The notes beneath the pieces are model-generated. The model did not search any database. It saw only the letters and a list, made by a program, of their open reading frames with translations, and was not told where the DNA came from. Of a DNA stretch of 64,000 bases, positions 47,224 through 56,600 are shown piece by piece. Each line of letters opens with the position of its first letter. Positions within the stretch are counted from its first letter, which is position 1. A program made the translations under genes and the position numbers. The DNA comes from an uncultured Verrucomicrobiae bacterium. Its GTDB lineage: Bacteria; Verrucomicrobiota; Verrucomicrobiia; Limisphaerales; Palsa-1400. The DNA is taken from positions 1 to 64,000 of the forward strand of contig CAVXRD010000003.1 of the NCBI GenBank assembly GCA_963764165.1, given 5' to 3'.

Positions 47224-50200
47224 TCACGGGTTGGCCTTCGGGGCTTTTCTCAGCGACGAAAGGTAGCCCACCAAATCAACCAAGTCTTCGGTGGACATGG
47301 TTTGCTGGAGGTCGGCGGGCATGAGCGAGGTTCTCAGTTTTACGCGGGTGGCGATGTCTCGCTTTTTGATTCGCGTGGAAATGGCTTTGATGTCTTTGAC
47401 CGTTAGTTCGTCTTCGGTTTCGCTCACGATGAGGCCGACGATTTCGTCGCCGGATTTTTGGGTGATGTCCCAGGCGTCGTAGCCGAAGGCGATGCTGGCG
47501 CTCGGATCCAGGATGGCTTCGTAGATGGCTTCGCGACCGAGTTTGTCGCCGATTTCTGAGAGGCCGGGGCCGACGTCGGCGCCCATATTATTGACACGGT
47601 GGCAGGTGATGCACAGCGATGACGGGCGGGCAAAGATTTCCGCGCCGTGCGCGATGTTGGCGCGGCGTTTTAGCAATTCGGCGAGGGACGGCAAGGGTTT
47701 GGTGTCGTGCGCGCGGGGCAGGGGAAGCAGGCGGGCTGCCTCTGTTTTCACATCCTGCCACGACGCCTGATTGAGGACTTCGGCGGCGATGAATTTTAGA
47801 TCGCCCGGCAATTTGCCGTCGCGCGCTAGCTGCAGCAAATCTCCTGCGCCGGTTTGAGTTTGGGCGAGGGCCCGAACGGCTTGCTTGCGAATGGCGGGAC
47901 TGCGGTTCGTCTCGGTGACCATCAGCAACAAAGCGAGCGCAGCATTCCTGTCGTGCGTGTTGCCAGCCGCTTCGATCACGCCAAGCGCCATGGCGTTTGG
48001 CGTGTTGCATGCGTCACGCATCGCGCCCAAACCGCCGTCCGCCAGAACAAGGCGCATGGCTTCGACTCCCAAATCCTCACCTGGGTGCTTTCCAGCCATA
48101 TCCAGCAAGGGCGCGTTCTGTCCCTTCAAATCAAATTCGCGGACGAGATAGACGAAATCCTCCGTGCCCCGGACGGAATCCAGCGCGGCCACGACGCTGG
48201 CCTTGATTTCGGGGTAGCGTTCGAAGTCAGCGCGCTTTAAGCGGTGAACCGCCTCCAGCATGACTTCTGTCGAACGCGGGTTTTTCAGCAGCGCGAGCAG
48301 GGTCGATTTTTTCTCCGGGCCGTCAAAAAAGTCGAACGCGCGAAAATAGCGGGCGATTTCGTGTTCGGACGCATCGCTGCTTTCGATGATTTCCGCCAGC
48401 AGCACGGCGGAGGAGGGGGCTCGCGAGCGCCACACAATATCCCGTCCCGCCGGCGTGTTCCAATTTTGCCCGACAGCGGCGAGCCAGGCCGTGAAATATT
48501 TTTCTTCTTGTTGGTCAGCTCCGATGCCCAGCGCCTCCAAATACCAGCGATCCTCGCCGTCATATCTTGAGGCAATCGCCGTCCACAATGCGGGCGCTTC
48601 CGGCGAGGAATTGTGGCGGAGGGCAATCGCGCATTCGCGGCGAACTTGCGCTGACGGGTCGCTCACCAATTTCCGCACCAGCGGGATAATATCCATTCCC
48701 CCTTCACGGGCGGCCCTCAGTCCCGCGATGCGAATGTCCGAATCGGCGTCGCGGAGTGCTTCTTCCACGGACGATTCCTTTTTGTCCGGCAACCGCGCCA
48801 AAAGATAAAACGCCCGCGATCTCATCCGCGGATCTTTGCTGTCCCTCCAAATTTTGCGCAGCGCCGGTTCGGCCTCCGCCCCCATCACGGCCAGCGAAGT
48901 CCACGCCAGATAACGCGTGTCCAGGTTGGGCGATTGCAGGGCTTGCGCGCAGCCGTCCGCCGTTTTCAGATCGAGCTTTGGGATGACCGATTTGAAGCCT
49001 GGCGGCGCGACGCGGTAAATCCGGCCCGTCATCGTCGCCAGCACACGGTCCATCATATTGTGGCCGCCGACTACGGCGTCGTTCCAATCGGCCACGTAAA
49101 GCGCGCCGTCCGGCCCGATGCAAACATCCGAAGGCCGAAACCACGAATTGGTGGTGGAGAGGATATCCACCGTCTTCGCCGTGTAACCCGCGCCTTGCGG
49201 GCGGACGGGATAGCTGCGCACGACGCGCTCGCCGGCGTCGGCGTGAATCATCTGGTTGTGGAATATTTCCGGCAGCGCGCTGCCTTCGTAAATCGCGATG
49301 CCGGTCGGCGCGCCCGCGCCGGTGAGCAGAAGATTCGGGATCGAGCCCGGATCGTTTTGATGCCAGTGCCGGCGCGGAATATCCCGCTCGATGTTGCTTC
49401 GTTTGTCCGGCCAGCCCGCGCCAGTTATTTCGTCGCTGTAACCGAAGTTGCCGTGCTCCATGACGTAATTGATGCGCACCGAGCGATTGCCGTCGTCGTC
49501 ATTGTCGGATTGCCACAATGTTCCGAAGGAATCCACCGCCGCTTCGTAATTATTGCGGAAATTGTGCGCCAGAACCTCGAAGCGTGAGCCATCGGGATCG
49601 CAGCGGAAAACCATGCCCATGCGATACGGTTTGCCGGAATTGTTGACAACGTTGCCATCGATATCGATGATCGGATTGCCGTTCTTGTCCTTGATTTGGT
49701 GGCCTTCGTTGCCGAAGCAGAAATATAATTTTCCGTCCGGCCCAAAGGTAAAAGCGTGGACGCCATGATCATGATCCACCCCGCCGATGCCGGTGAACAA
49801 AAGCTCCTTCGTGTCAGCCACGCCGTCGTCGTTGGTATCGGTGAAAATGAAAACATTGGGCGAGGAAGATACAATGGCTTTATTGCCAAGCACACAAATG
49901 CCGAGCGCGGCGTTGATTTCTGGCCCTTGATAGAACGTCGTGGCTTTGCTGGCGTGACCATCGCCGTTTGTATCTTCGAGGATGACGATGCGGTCCCCGG
50001 CGGGTTCAAGGATGCCCCACGATTGGAAAGACGACCGGTAATTGACGCCTTCCGTGACCCACACACGCCCGCGCTCGTCGATGTCCATGTCCGTCGGATT
50101 GCGCAGAAGCGGCTCGGAGGCAAAAAGCGTGACCTCAAGCCCGCTGGCCACTGTAAATTCCTTGAGCGACCTGGCTGCCGCCTCCGGCCCGAATTCATGA

Positions 50201-50340
50201 TCCGCGGCGCGCAAACTCGAAGCGCAGCAGCCGAGAACCAAGCCAGTGACGATCAATCTCGGCAGTGCCGACCAACGACCGCGATTATTAGAATGAGAAG
50301 AATGAGTCAGGATGGGCTGGATGTTATGCCTGTCGCGCAT
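47224..50340 (-). CDS. PVC-type heme-binding CxxCH protein (dehydrogenase-like propeller, HEAT repeats, cytochrome c)
   Basis: LFASEPLLRNPTDMDIDERGRVWV, HNFRNNYE, WFRPSDVCIGPDGALYVADW, CITCHRV, GPGLSEIG and SLMPADL. Confidence 0.92.
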   Translation of the reverse strand: MRDRHNIQPILTHSSHSNNRGRWSALPRLIVTGLVLGCCASSLRAADHEFGPEAAARSLKEFTVASGLEVTLFASEPLLRNPTDMDIDERGRVWVTEGVNYRSSFQSWGILEPAGDRIVILEDTNGDGHASKATTFYQGPEINAALGICVLGNKAIVSSSPNVFIFTDTNDDGVADTKELLFTGIGGVDHDHGVHAFTFGPDGKLYFCFGNEGHQIKDKNGNPIIDIDGNVVNNSGKPYRMGMVFRCDPDGSRFEVLAHNFRNNYEAAVDSFGTLWQSDNDDDGNRSVRINYVMEHGNFGYSDEITGAGWPDKRSNIERDIPRRHWHQNDPGSIPNLLLTGAGAPTGIAIYEGSALPEIFHNQMIHADAGERVVRSYPVRPQGAGYTAKTVDILSTTNSWFRPSDVCIGPDGALYVADWNDAVVGGHNMMDRVLATMTGRIYRVAPPGFKSVIPKLDLKTADGCAQALQSPNLDTRYLAWTSLAVMGAEAEPALRKIWRDSKDPRMRSRAFYLLARLPDKKESSVEEALRDADSDIRIAGLRAAREGGMDIIPLVRKLVSDPSAQVRRECAIALRHNSSPEAPALWTAIASRYDGEDRWYLEALGIGADQQEEKYFTAWLAAVGQNWNTPAGRDIVWRSRAPSSAVLLAEIIESSDASEHEIARYFRAFDFFDGPEKKSTLLALLKNPRSTEVMLEAVHRLKRADFERYPEIKASVVAALDSVRGTEDFVYLVREFDLKGQNAPLLDMAGKHPGEDLGVEAMRLVLADGGLGAMRDACNTPNAMALGVIEAAGNTHDRNAALALLLMVTETNRSPAIRKQAVRALAQTQTGAGDLLQLARDGKLPGDLKFIAAEVLNQASWQDVKTEAARLLPLPRAHDTKPLPSLAELLKRRANIAHGAEIFARPSSLCITCHRVNNMGADVGPGLSEIGDKLGREAIYEAILDPSASIAFGYDAWDITQKSGDEIVGLIVSETEDELTVKDIKAISTRIKKRDIATRVKLRTSLMPADLQQTMSTEDLVDLVGYLSSLRKAPKANP

Positions 50341-50532
50341 TCAAGGCAAGCCATGCGAACACATGAAGGGATTTTTTAATCAGGAACGACCGAACTCAGG
50401 AACGGAGGCGGTTTCATTCGTTGCGGCTGCTGTCCTGTTCACAGCGCCAGGGCAATTCGATGCTTGCGCACGAAGCCAACAGGAGAGCTGCCTGCTTTGA
50501 GGCCTCCTTTTCTGAGTTCGGCCGTTCCTGAT

Positions 50533-52908
50533 TCAATCATTTTTTCCGGGCTGGACCCGTCGCAGAAGCACACCATCCCCCACGATCCAGGCCGTCTCAT
50601 AAATCCGTATGCGCCTGAACTGCTGTGTGATGGGATTCCCTTTCTGGTCGAAGCAGGTGCATTTTTCCCATGTCATACCTTGATCGGAGCTTTTGAGGAT
50701 AAGCCCTTTGGAGCCTGCCGCCCACCAAATCCTTGAGGCGGCGTCGCAGGCCACGGACTTAATGTCGTCTTCGCGCCCAAATGAGATCTGCTTCCAGGCA
50801 ACCTGCTTTTTCTCGATGGAACCGCGCAGCATCATGCCTTGATCCCCGACGGCAATCAGGACTGCGTAACGGATATCGAACGCAATGTCGTTGAGAATTT
50901 GGCCGGGGAAAAAATGAACGCCTGGAAGGTCAGCCGTCTCCCAATTCGTGGATCCCGCCGCCAGATGGTAAATCGCGCCATGGCTGAGGCCGCCTTTCCG
51001 GCCATATTCGTCCCCCGCCGAACCTCCGACAGCCCACATTTCGCCGCTGGCATTGGCAATGCCATTGATCAAATAATTCAGGGTCAATTTTTGGGTCTGC
51101 CAGCGCGTCCCGTTCCAATGGGAAATTCCTTGCCATCCCACCGCATAGATTTCTGAATAATTCTCCAGGCCAATAAATGAGGAAAAACGGGAAAAACCAT
51201 CGGGGCCATCCGGCCGCGGCGTCGCCCGTTCCCATCGGGCGTTGAGGTCGCCGGCATTTGTTGTCGAATAGATTCCTGTGACGCCGGAGATCCACCCATT
51301 TGTCTGATACGACTTGCCATCGGCCAGCAGCACTTTGGAAAGCTGGATGCATGTAAGGGGGCCGGCCTCGGTCCAAACCTCGTCGTTAAAGTGCTGGTTT
51401 GTGCCAGTGCCGGAGGCAATGTTTTCTATCTTGATAGGATCCCAAGCGCTTTCTCCATTAGCGTAATGCAGCATGATTCCGTGGCCAACGTGCGGCGACT
51501 TTCCGCCTCCATTTTCGTCGATGTCTCCAACCAGCCAGGCGTTGCTGCCGGCCCAGGCAATGTCCTGCCAATGGTCGCGCGCAGGCGCGCTGCTGCCTTT
51601 GATGAAAATGGGAACCTCTTCCCATTCGGAGTTTCTCTTGTGTGTAGTTGACATGAAGATCGCAACGCCCACGGCCATGGCGCACGCAATCAGCGCCACG
51701 GCTTTATGGCGGCCAAGCCAGGCCCCGCCGCGCTGAAGCTTGCTGGGCACCCTGGCGTGGAGAAGGGGCTTGCCCGCGAGATATAGCTCCAAATCCCGGG
51801 CCAGGCTCCTTGCGTCCTGATACCGCTGCGAAGGCTCTTTTTCCAGGCACGTCATGATGATCCAATCCAGCTTGCCCCGCAGGGTTTTCTCCAGCGCGGC
51901 GGAGTCTGTTCCGCAGTTTTCCGCCAGCCTTTCCGCTTTATCTTGCGCGAGCGCGGCCACAGATATGGAGGGCCTCGCCGGCCGCCCTTCGCGGATCAAC
52001 CTCAGCATTTGGTCAAAAGCCATCTGTTGCGAGATCGTCGTCTGCCCTGTCAGCAATTCGTAAAGAAGCGCTCCCAGCGAATAGATGTCGGTTCGGGCAT
52101 CGATTGGCTGGTTTTTTCCGCCGGCTTGCTCCGGGCTCATGTAGGCCGGAGTTCCCATGAATTGGCCGGAAAGGGTGAGGGTCGGGGTCTCCTCAATGAA
52201 TTTGCCGCTTGCCTTGGCGATTCCGAAATCGATCACCTTTGGAACCGCCTCGCCGTCTTTCATGGAGACCAATATATTTGAAGGCTTGATGTCGCGGTGG
52301 ATGATTCCTTGTTCGTGCGCGTGTTGGATTGCATCGCAAACTTTGATGAGCAGGGCAACGCGCCGCGGGATGGGGAGGCGGTTTTGGCTGCAAAAGTCGG
52401 TAATCCTGACACCGGCCACCAATTCCATGACGAAATAGGGGCGGCCTGTTTCGGTGGAATCAGCATCGAAAACTTTGGCGATATGGGGGTGGTCCATTAA
52501 TGCCAATGCCTGCCGTTCAGTGTCGAATCGGGCCAAGGCTGTCGCGGTGTCCATGCCCGCCTTGATGATTTTGAGAGCGACTTCCCGGCGGAGCGGTCTT
52601 TGCTGAATGGCTTTCCAGACCGAGCCATAGCCGCCGGTTCCGATTTGCTCGACAAGAGTGTAACGCCCGATTCTCAGGCCCGGATGTTCGAGGCCCGCTC
52701 GCGGCGCCTTGTCGGGAAGGAAACGCTGATGTTTGTTTGACTGCTCGTGGGCGTCGAGCAAGTCTTCAATCTTCCGGCGGATTTCCGAATTCCGTCCGCA
52801 TTTCGAGTCAAGGAAGGCGTTTCTTTGGTCGAGGCCGTCCAGTTCAACGGCGGCCTGGAAAATCCCGCGAAGGGCTTCGAAGCTGGATCGGGCGTCTTCC
52901 TGTTCCAT
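50533..52908 (-). CDS. Membrane Ser/Thr protein kinase with extracytoplasmic beta-propeller-like domain
   Basis: IGTGGYGSVW, VALKII, HRDIKPSN, DFGIAK, GTPAYMSPEQ, a TM segment and BNR-like KSSDQGMTW. Confidence 0.95.
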   Translation of the reverse strand: MEQEDARSSFEALRGIFQAAVELDGLDQRNAFLDSKCGRNSEIRRKIEDLLDAHEQSNKHQRFLPDKAPRAGLEHPGLRIGRYTLVEQIGTGGYGSVWKAIQQRPLRREVALKIIKAGMDTATALARFDTERQALALMDHPHIAKVFDADSTETGRPYFVMELVAGVRITDFCSQNRLPIPRRVALLIKVCDAIQHAHEQGIIHRDIKPSNILVSMKDGEAVPKVIDFGIAKASGKFIEETPTLTLSGQFMGTPAYMSPEQAGGKNQPIDARTDIYSLGALLYELLTGQTTISQQMAFDQMLRLIREGRPARPSISVAALAQDKAERLAENCGTDSAALEKTLRGKLDWIIMTCLEKEPSQRYQDARSLARDLELYLAGKPLLHARVPSKLQRGGAWLGRHKAVALIACAMAVGVAIFMSTTHKRNSEWEEVPIFIKGSSAPARDHWQDIAWAGSNAWLVGDIDENGGGKSPHVGHGIMLHYANGESAWDPIKIENIASGTGTNQHFNDEVWTEAGPLTCIQLSKVLLADGKSYQTNGWISGVTGIYSTTNAGDLNARWERATPRPDGPDGFSRFSSFIGLENYSEIYAVGWQGISHWNGTRWQTQKLTLNYLINGIANASGEMWAVGGSAGDEYGRKGGLSHGAIYHLAAGSTNWETADLPGVHFFPGQILNDIAFDIRYAVLIAVGDQGMMLRGSIEKKQVAWKQISFGREDDIKSVACDAASRIWWAAGSKGLILKSSDQGMTWEKCTCFDQKGNPITQQFRRIRIYETAWIVGDGVLLRRVQPGKND

Positions 52909-52929
52909 GGGAATACGCGGCAGTCGAAT

Positions 52930-53517
52930 CTAAACCGGGGCCGGATTCGAGGATAATTGCCGCAATTCGTTGCTGAGCCAGGCTTTTGTGAATACCCAAT
53001 CACGCTTGGCGGTGGACTCGGAAATTCCAAGGGCTGCGGCAGCATCCGCGAAATTCATATCGAGAAAAAAGCGCAATTCGACCAACTGCGCCTGTTTGCT
53101 GTCCAACCCTTCAAGCTTGGTCAGCGCGTCGTTGACGGCCAGAAGCGTGTCGTCGTCGGCTTCGGAGGCGAGATCAATGTCATCAAGGTTGACGTGGCAC
53201 CTGCCTTCGCCGCGGCGCTGGGCGTTCCGCTTTCGGGCATGGTCGATCAACGATTGCCGCATGACTTTTGCCGCAGCCCGGACAAAATGCTGCTTGTTGG
53301 CCCAGGGAACGGAGCGCGGAATCTGGCCCGAAGCAGTCAAGCGCAGCCACGCATCGTGGACAAGAATGGTGGGTTGCAGGGTGTGATCAGGCCGCTCCTT
53401 TTCCATCAGCCGCGCCGCGACCTGCCGCAGTTCGGGATAAAGGCGCCGAAGCAATTCTTCGGCGATCTGGGGATCGCCACGTTGCATCTCGCGCAGGAGG
53501 TGGGTGTCGTCGGTCAC
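52930..53517 (-). CDS. Kinase-associated ECF sigma factor (TIGR02999-like)
   Basis: LYPELRQVAA, DHTLQPTILVHDAWLRL, LVELRFF and TAKRDWVFTKAWL. Lies 21 nt upstream of the kinase. Confidence 0.92.
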   Translation of the reverse strand: MTDDTHLLREMQRGDPQIAEELLRRLYPELRQVAARLMEKERPDHTLQPTILVHDAWLRLTASGQIPRSVPWANKQHFVRAAAKVMRQSLIDHARKRNAQRRGEGRCHVNLDDIDLASEADDDTLLAVNDALTKLEGLDSKQAQLVELRFFLDMNFADAAAALGISESTAKRDWVFTKAWLSNELRQLSSNPAPV

Positions 53518-53558
53518 GGCAGGGAATTTAAGGATTCCGGCAAGGGCGAAGTCAATGA

Positions 53559-53588
53559 GAAAGCGAATTGGTTGAAAGCGAATTGGTT
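53559..53588. repeat. Perfect 15-bp tandem duplication in a divergent promoter region
   Basis: GAAAGCGAATTGGTT twice, running into TTGACA (53588-53593). Confidence 0.85.
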
Positions 53589-53677
53589 TGACAAATAACG
53601 GCAGGCATAGCTAAATGATATGATTCATCATGTCAGCACGCAAATCAATCTGAAAACCATGTTGACCTCCAAAGAAC

Positions 53678-56600
53678 ATGAACAGAATAGTGCGACTCCA
53701 CGGTTCGTTTCAACTTAAATTCAATTTATCCTTCTTCACAGCACTGGCGCTGCTTGTCGGCGTCTTTCCAGTGGCGGCGCAGGTATTCACAAACCTGCAT
53801 AGTTTTACAGGAGGCAACGACGGGGCCAATCCCGAAGGATCCCTTATCTTGTCCGGCACCACGCTTTATGGGACGGCTCCCTACGGCGGCAGTTCGGAAA
53901 ACGGTACGGCCTTCTCCTTGAACACCAGCGGCGCGGGTTTTGTCGCCTTGCATGGCTTCAGCGCGACTCCGGTCGGCGAGAATAGCGACGGAGCCAATCC
54001 TTACGCAGGTTTGACCTTGATCGGAGGCACGCTCTACGGAACGGCGTCGGAAGGTGGGGCGGATGCCAGCGGCGCCATTTTTTCGATCAACAGCAACGGC
54101 ACGGCTTTTGCAACGCTCTTCGCTTTTCCGGCTGGAGGATCGGACGGAGCGGCGCCGTATGCCGGGCTGACTTCGTATGGCGGCACGCTCTATGGTGTGG
54201 CGAGCGCGGGCGGGGCCGATGGCATTGGCGAGATTTTTTCCATCAGCACCAACGGCTCGGATTTTACGATCCTGCATTCGTTTACGGAGGGCAGCGACGG
54301 AAGCAATGCCGATTCCGGATTGATTTTATCGGGAGATACGCTTTATGGCGTGGCGTCGATCGGTGGCAGCGCTGCCAACGGCGGTATTGTTTTTTCCGTC
54401 AACACCAACGGCGCGGGTTATTCCATTCTGCATGCCTTCACTGGTGGCAGCGACGGGGGCTATCCGGGTGGTGAGTTGGTTCTATCCGGAAGCACACTCT
54501 ATGGAACGGCGGCTGGAGGCGGGGCTAATTATACGGGAGCCATTTTTTCGATCAACACCAACGGAACCGGCTTTTCGGTCCTGCACTCGTTCGCGCCGTT
54601 GGGAGCCAACAGCGCCAATAGTGACGGCGCCAATCCTCACGGCGGATTGGTTTTGTCAGGGAACACGCTCTACTCCGTGGCAGCCTACGGCGGCACGGCC
54701 GGCAATGGCACGGTGTTCTCCCTCAACACCAATGGGAGTGGATTCGCCGTTCTCCATTCTTTCACAGCGAGCGCTTCAGGCACCAACGGCGACGGAGCAT
54801 ATCCGCAAGCTGGCTTAATTCTTTCCGGCGGGGCGCTTTATGGCACGACCGCGGACGGCGGATCTCACGGCGTGGGAACGGTGTTCGCAGTTATATTTCC
54901 CGAGGCGGCCGCATTCTCCGGTCTCACCAACGCGAACGTCACCTATGGAGGATCTGTCACCCTGGGAGGCAGCGTGGGCGGCAGCAACGCGACCTATCCA
55001 CCCAGCGGGACTATTATTACCGCGACCGTTAACGGCGTAAGCCAAACTGGCACGGTCTACGATGCCACGGGAGACTTTAGCATCAACTTCAACGCGACGG
55101 GATTGGTCGTCGCCGGTTCACCTTACACGATTACTTATGTCATGTCCGCATCTGGCAGCTTGCTTGCGGCCACGAATGCCACCACCACGCTTGCCGTCAG
55201 CCCGGCTCCGCTTGCCGTGACGGCGAGCAATTTGACGCGTCCCTACGGCGCTGCGAATCCCGCGCTGACATATAATTACAGTGGATTTGTCGATGGCGAC
55301 ACTTCCAGCGTTGTCTCGGGCAGCCCGGCCCTCGCTTGCTCCGCCACGACCAGCAGTCCCGCGGGACTTTATCCCATTACCGTGAGCCTGGGAACTCTGT
55401 CGACCGCGAATTATTATTTTGTGCTCGTCAATGGCACACTTGCGGTGACGACGTCTGGCTCATTTTCCGGTCTCGCCAATGCCCACGTTACGTATAGCGG
55501 TTCTGTAACCTTGACCGGCACTCTAAGCGGCAGCGGGCCGGTTTACCCTGCAAATGGCACCGTTATTACCGCCCTGATTAACGGCGTCCACCAAACCGGA
55601 AGCGTCTACGATGCGACCGGGGATTTTAACATCGATTTCAACGCGGCGAGCCTGTCGGTCAGCAATTCACCTTACACAGTCAACTATAGTTCGCCAGCTT
55701 CAGGCGCGTTGACCGCAGCGAGCGACACCAGCACGACGCTGACCATTAATCCGGCTCCGCTAACCGTCACGGCGGGAAATGCAACGCGTCTTTATGGCGC
55801 GACGAATCCCCCGTTTACCTACAGTTGCACTGGATTTGTCAACGGCGAGAGCGCCAGTGTTCTAACCGGCAGCCCTGTGCTCTCGTGTTCTGCCACCGCC
55901 AACAGCCCCGCCGGAGTTTATCCCATCTCGGTGAGCGCGGGAACTTTGGCGGACGCAAACTATGATTTTATCTACGTCTCCGGCGCGCTGACGGTGATGA
56001 ATGCGCCGCAGCTTAAGACTTTGTATAATTTCGCGAACGGCTTCGATGGCTCTGATCCGGACGCTGCTCTGGTTTTATCCGGAAGCACGCTTTTTGGAAC
56101 AGTCCGATACGGCGCGTCCGATGGCACTGGCGGCATCCTGTTTGCCGTTCAAACCAACGGCGCTGGTTTCACTGCCGTGCATGCATTTCCGGCAGCCTCA
56201 AGTTCGCTTGCTGACAATAGCGATGGGGCGAACCCGATTGGTTTGATTCTATCGAACAACACACTGTATGGACCGGCGAATAACGGCGGAGCCAACGCCA
56301 CGGGCACCATTTACGCGGTCAATACCAACGGCTCCGGGTTCACGGTCGTGCATAACTTTGCGCCGACTTCTGGCGAGTCGTATCCGAACAGCGGAGGATC
56401 GTATCCAAATGGCGGCTTGATCCTGTCTGGCGGCACATTTTATGGCACGACGGAGTGGGGTGGCCCTGGTGCCGGCCCCAGCAGCAGTGGCACGGTGTTC
56501 TCGGTCAATGCCGATGGGACAGGCTTTACCCTTCTCCATGATTTCAGCGGGGTTGGGTCTTCCGGCCAAAACAGCGATGGAGCCAGTCCCTACACCGGAT

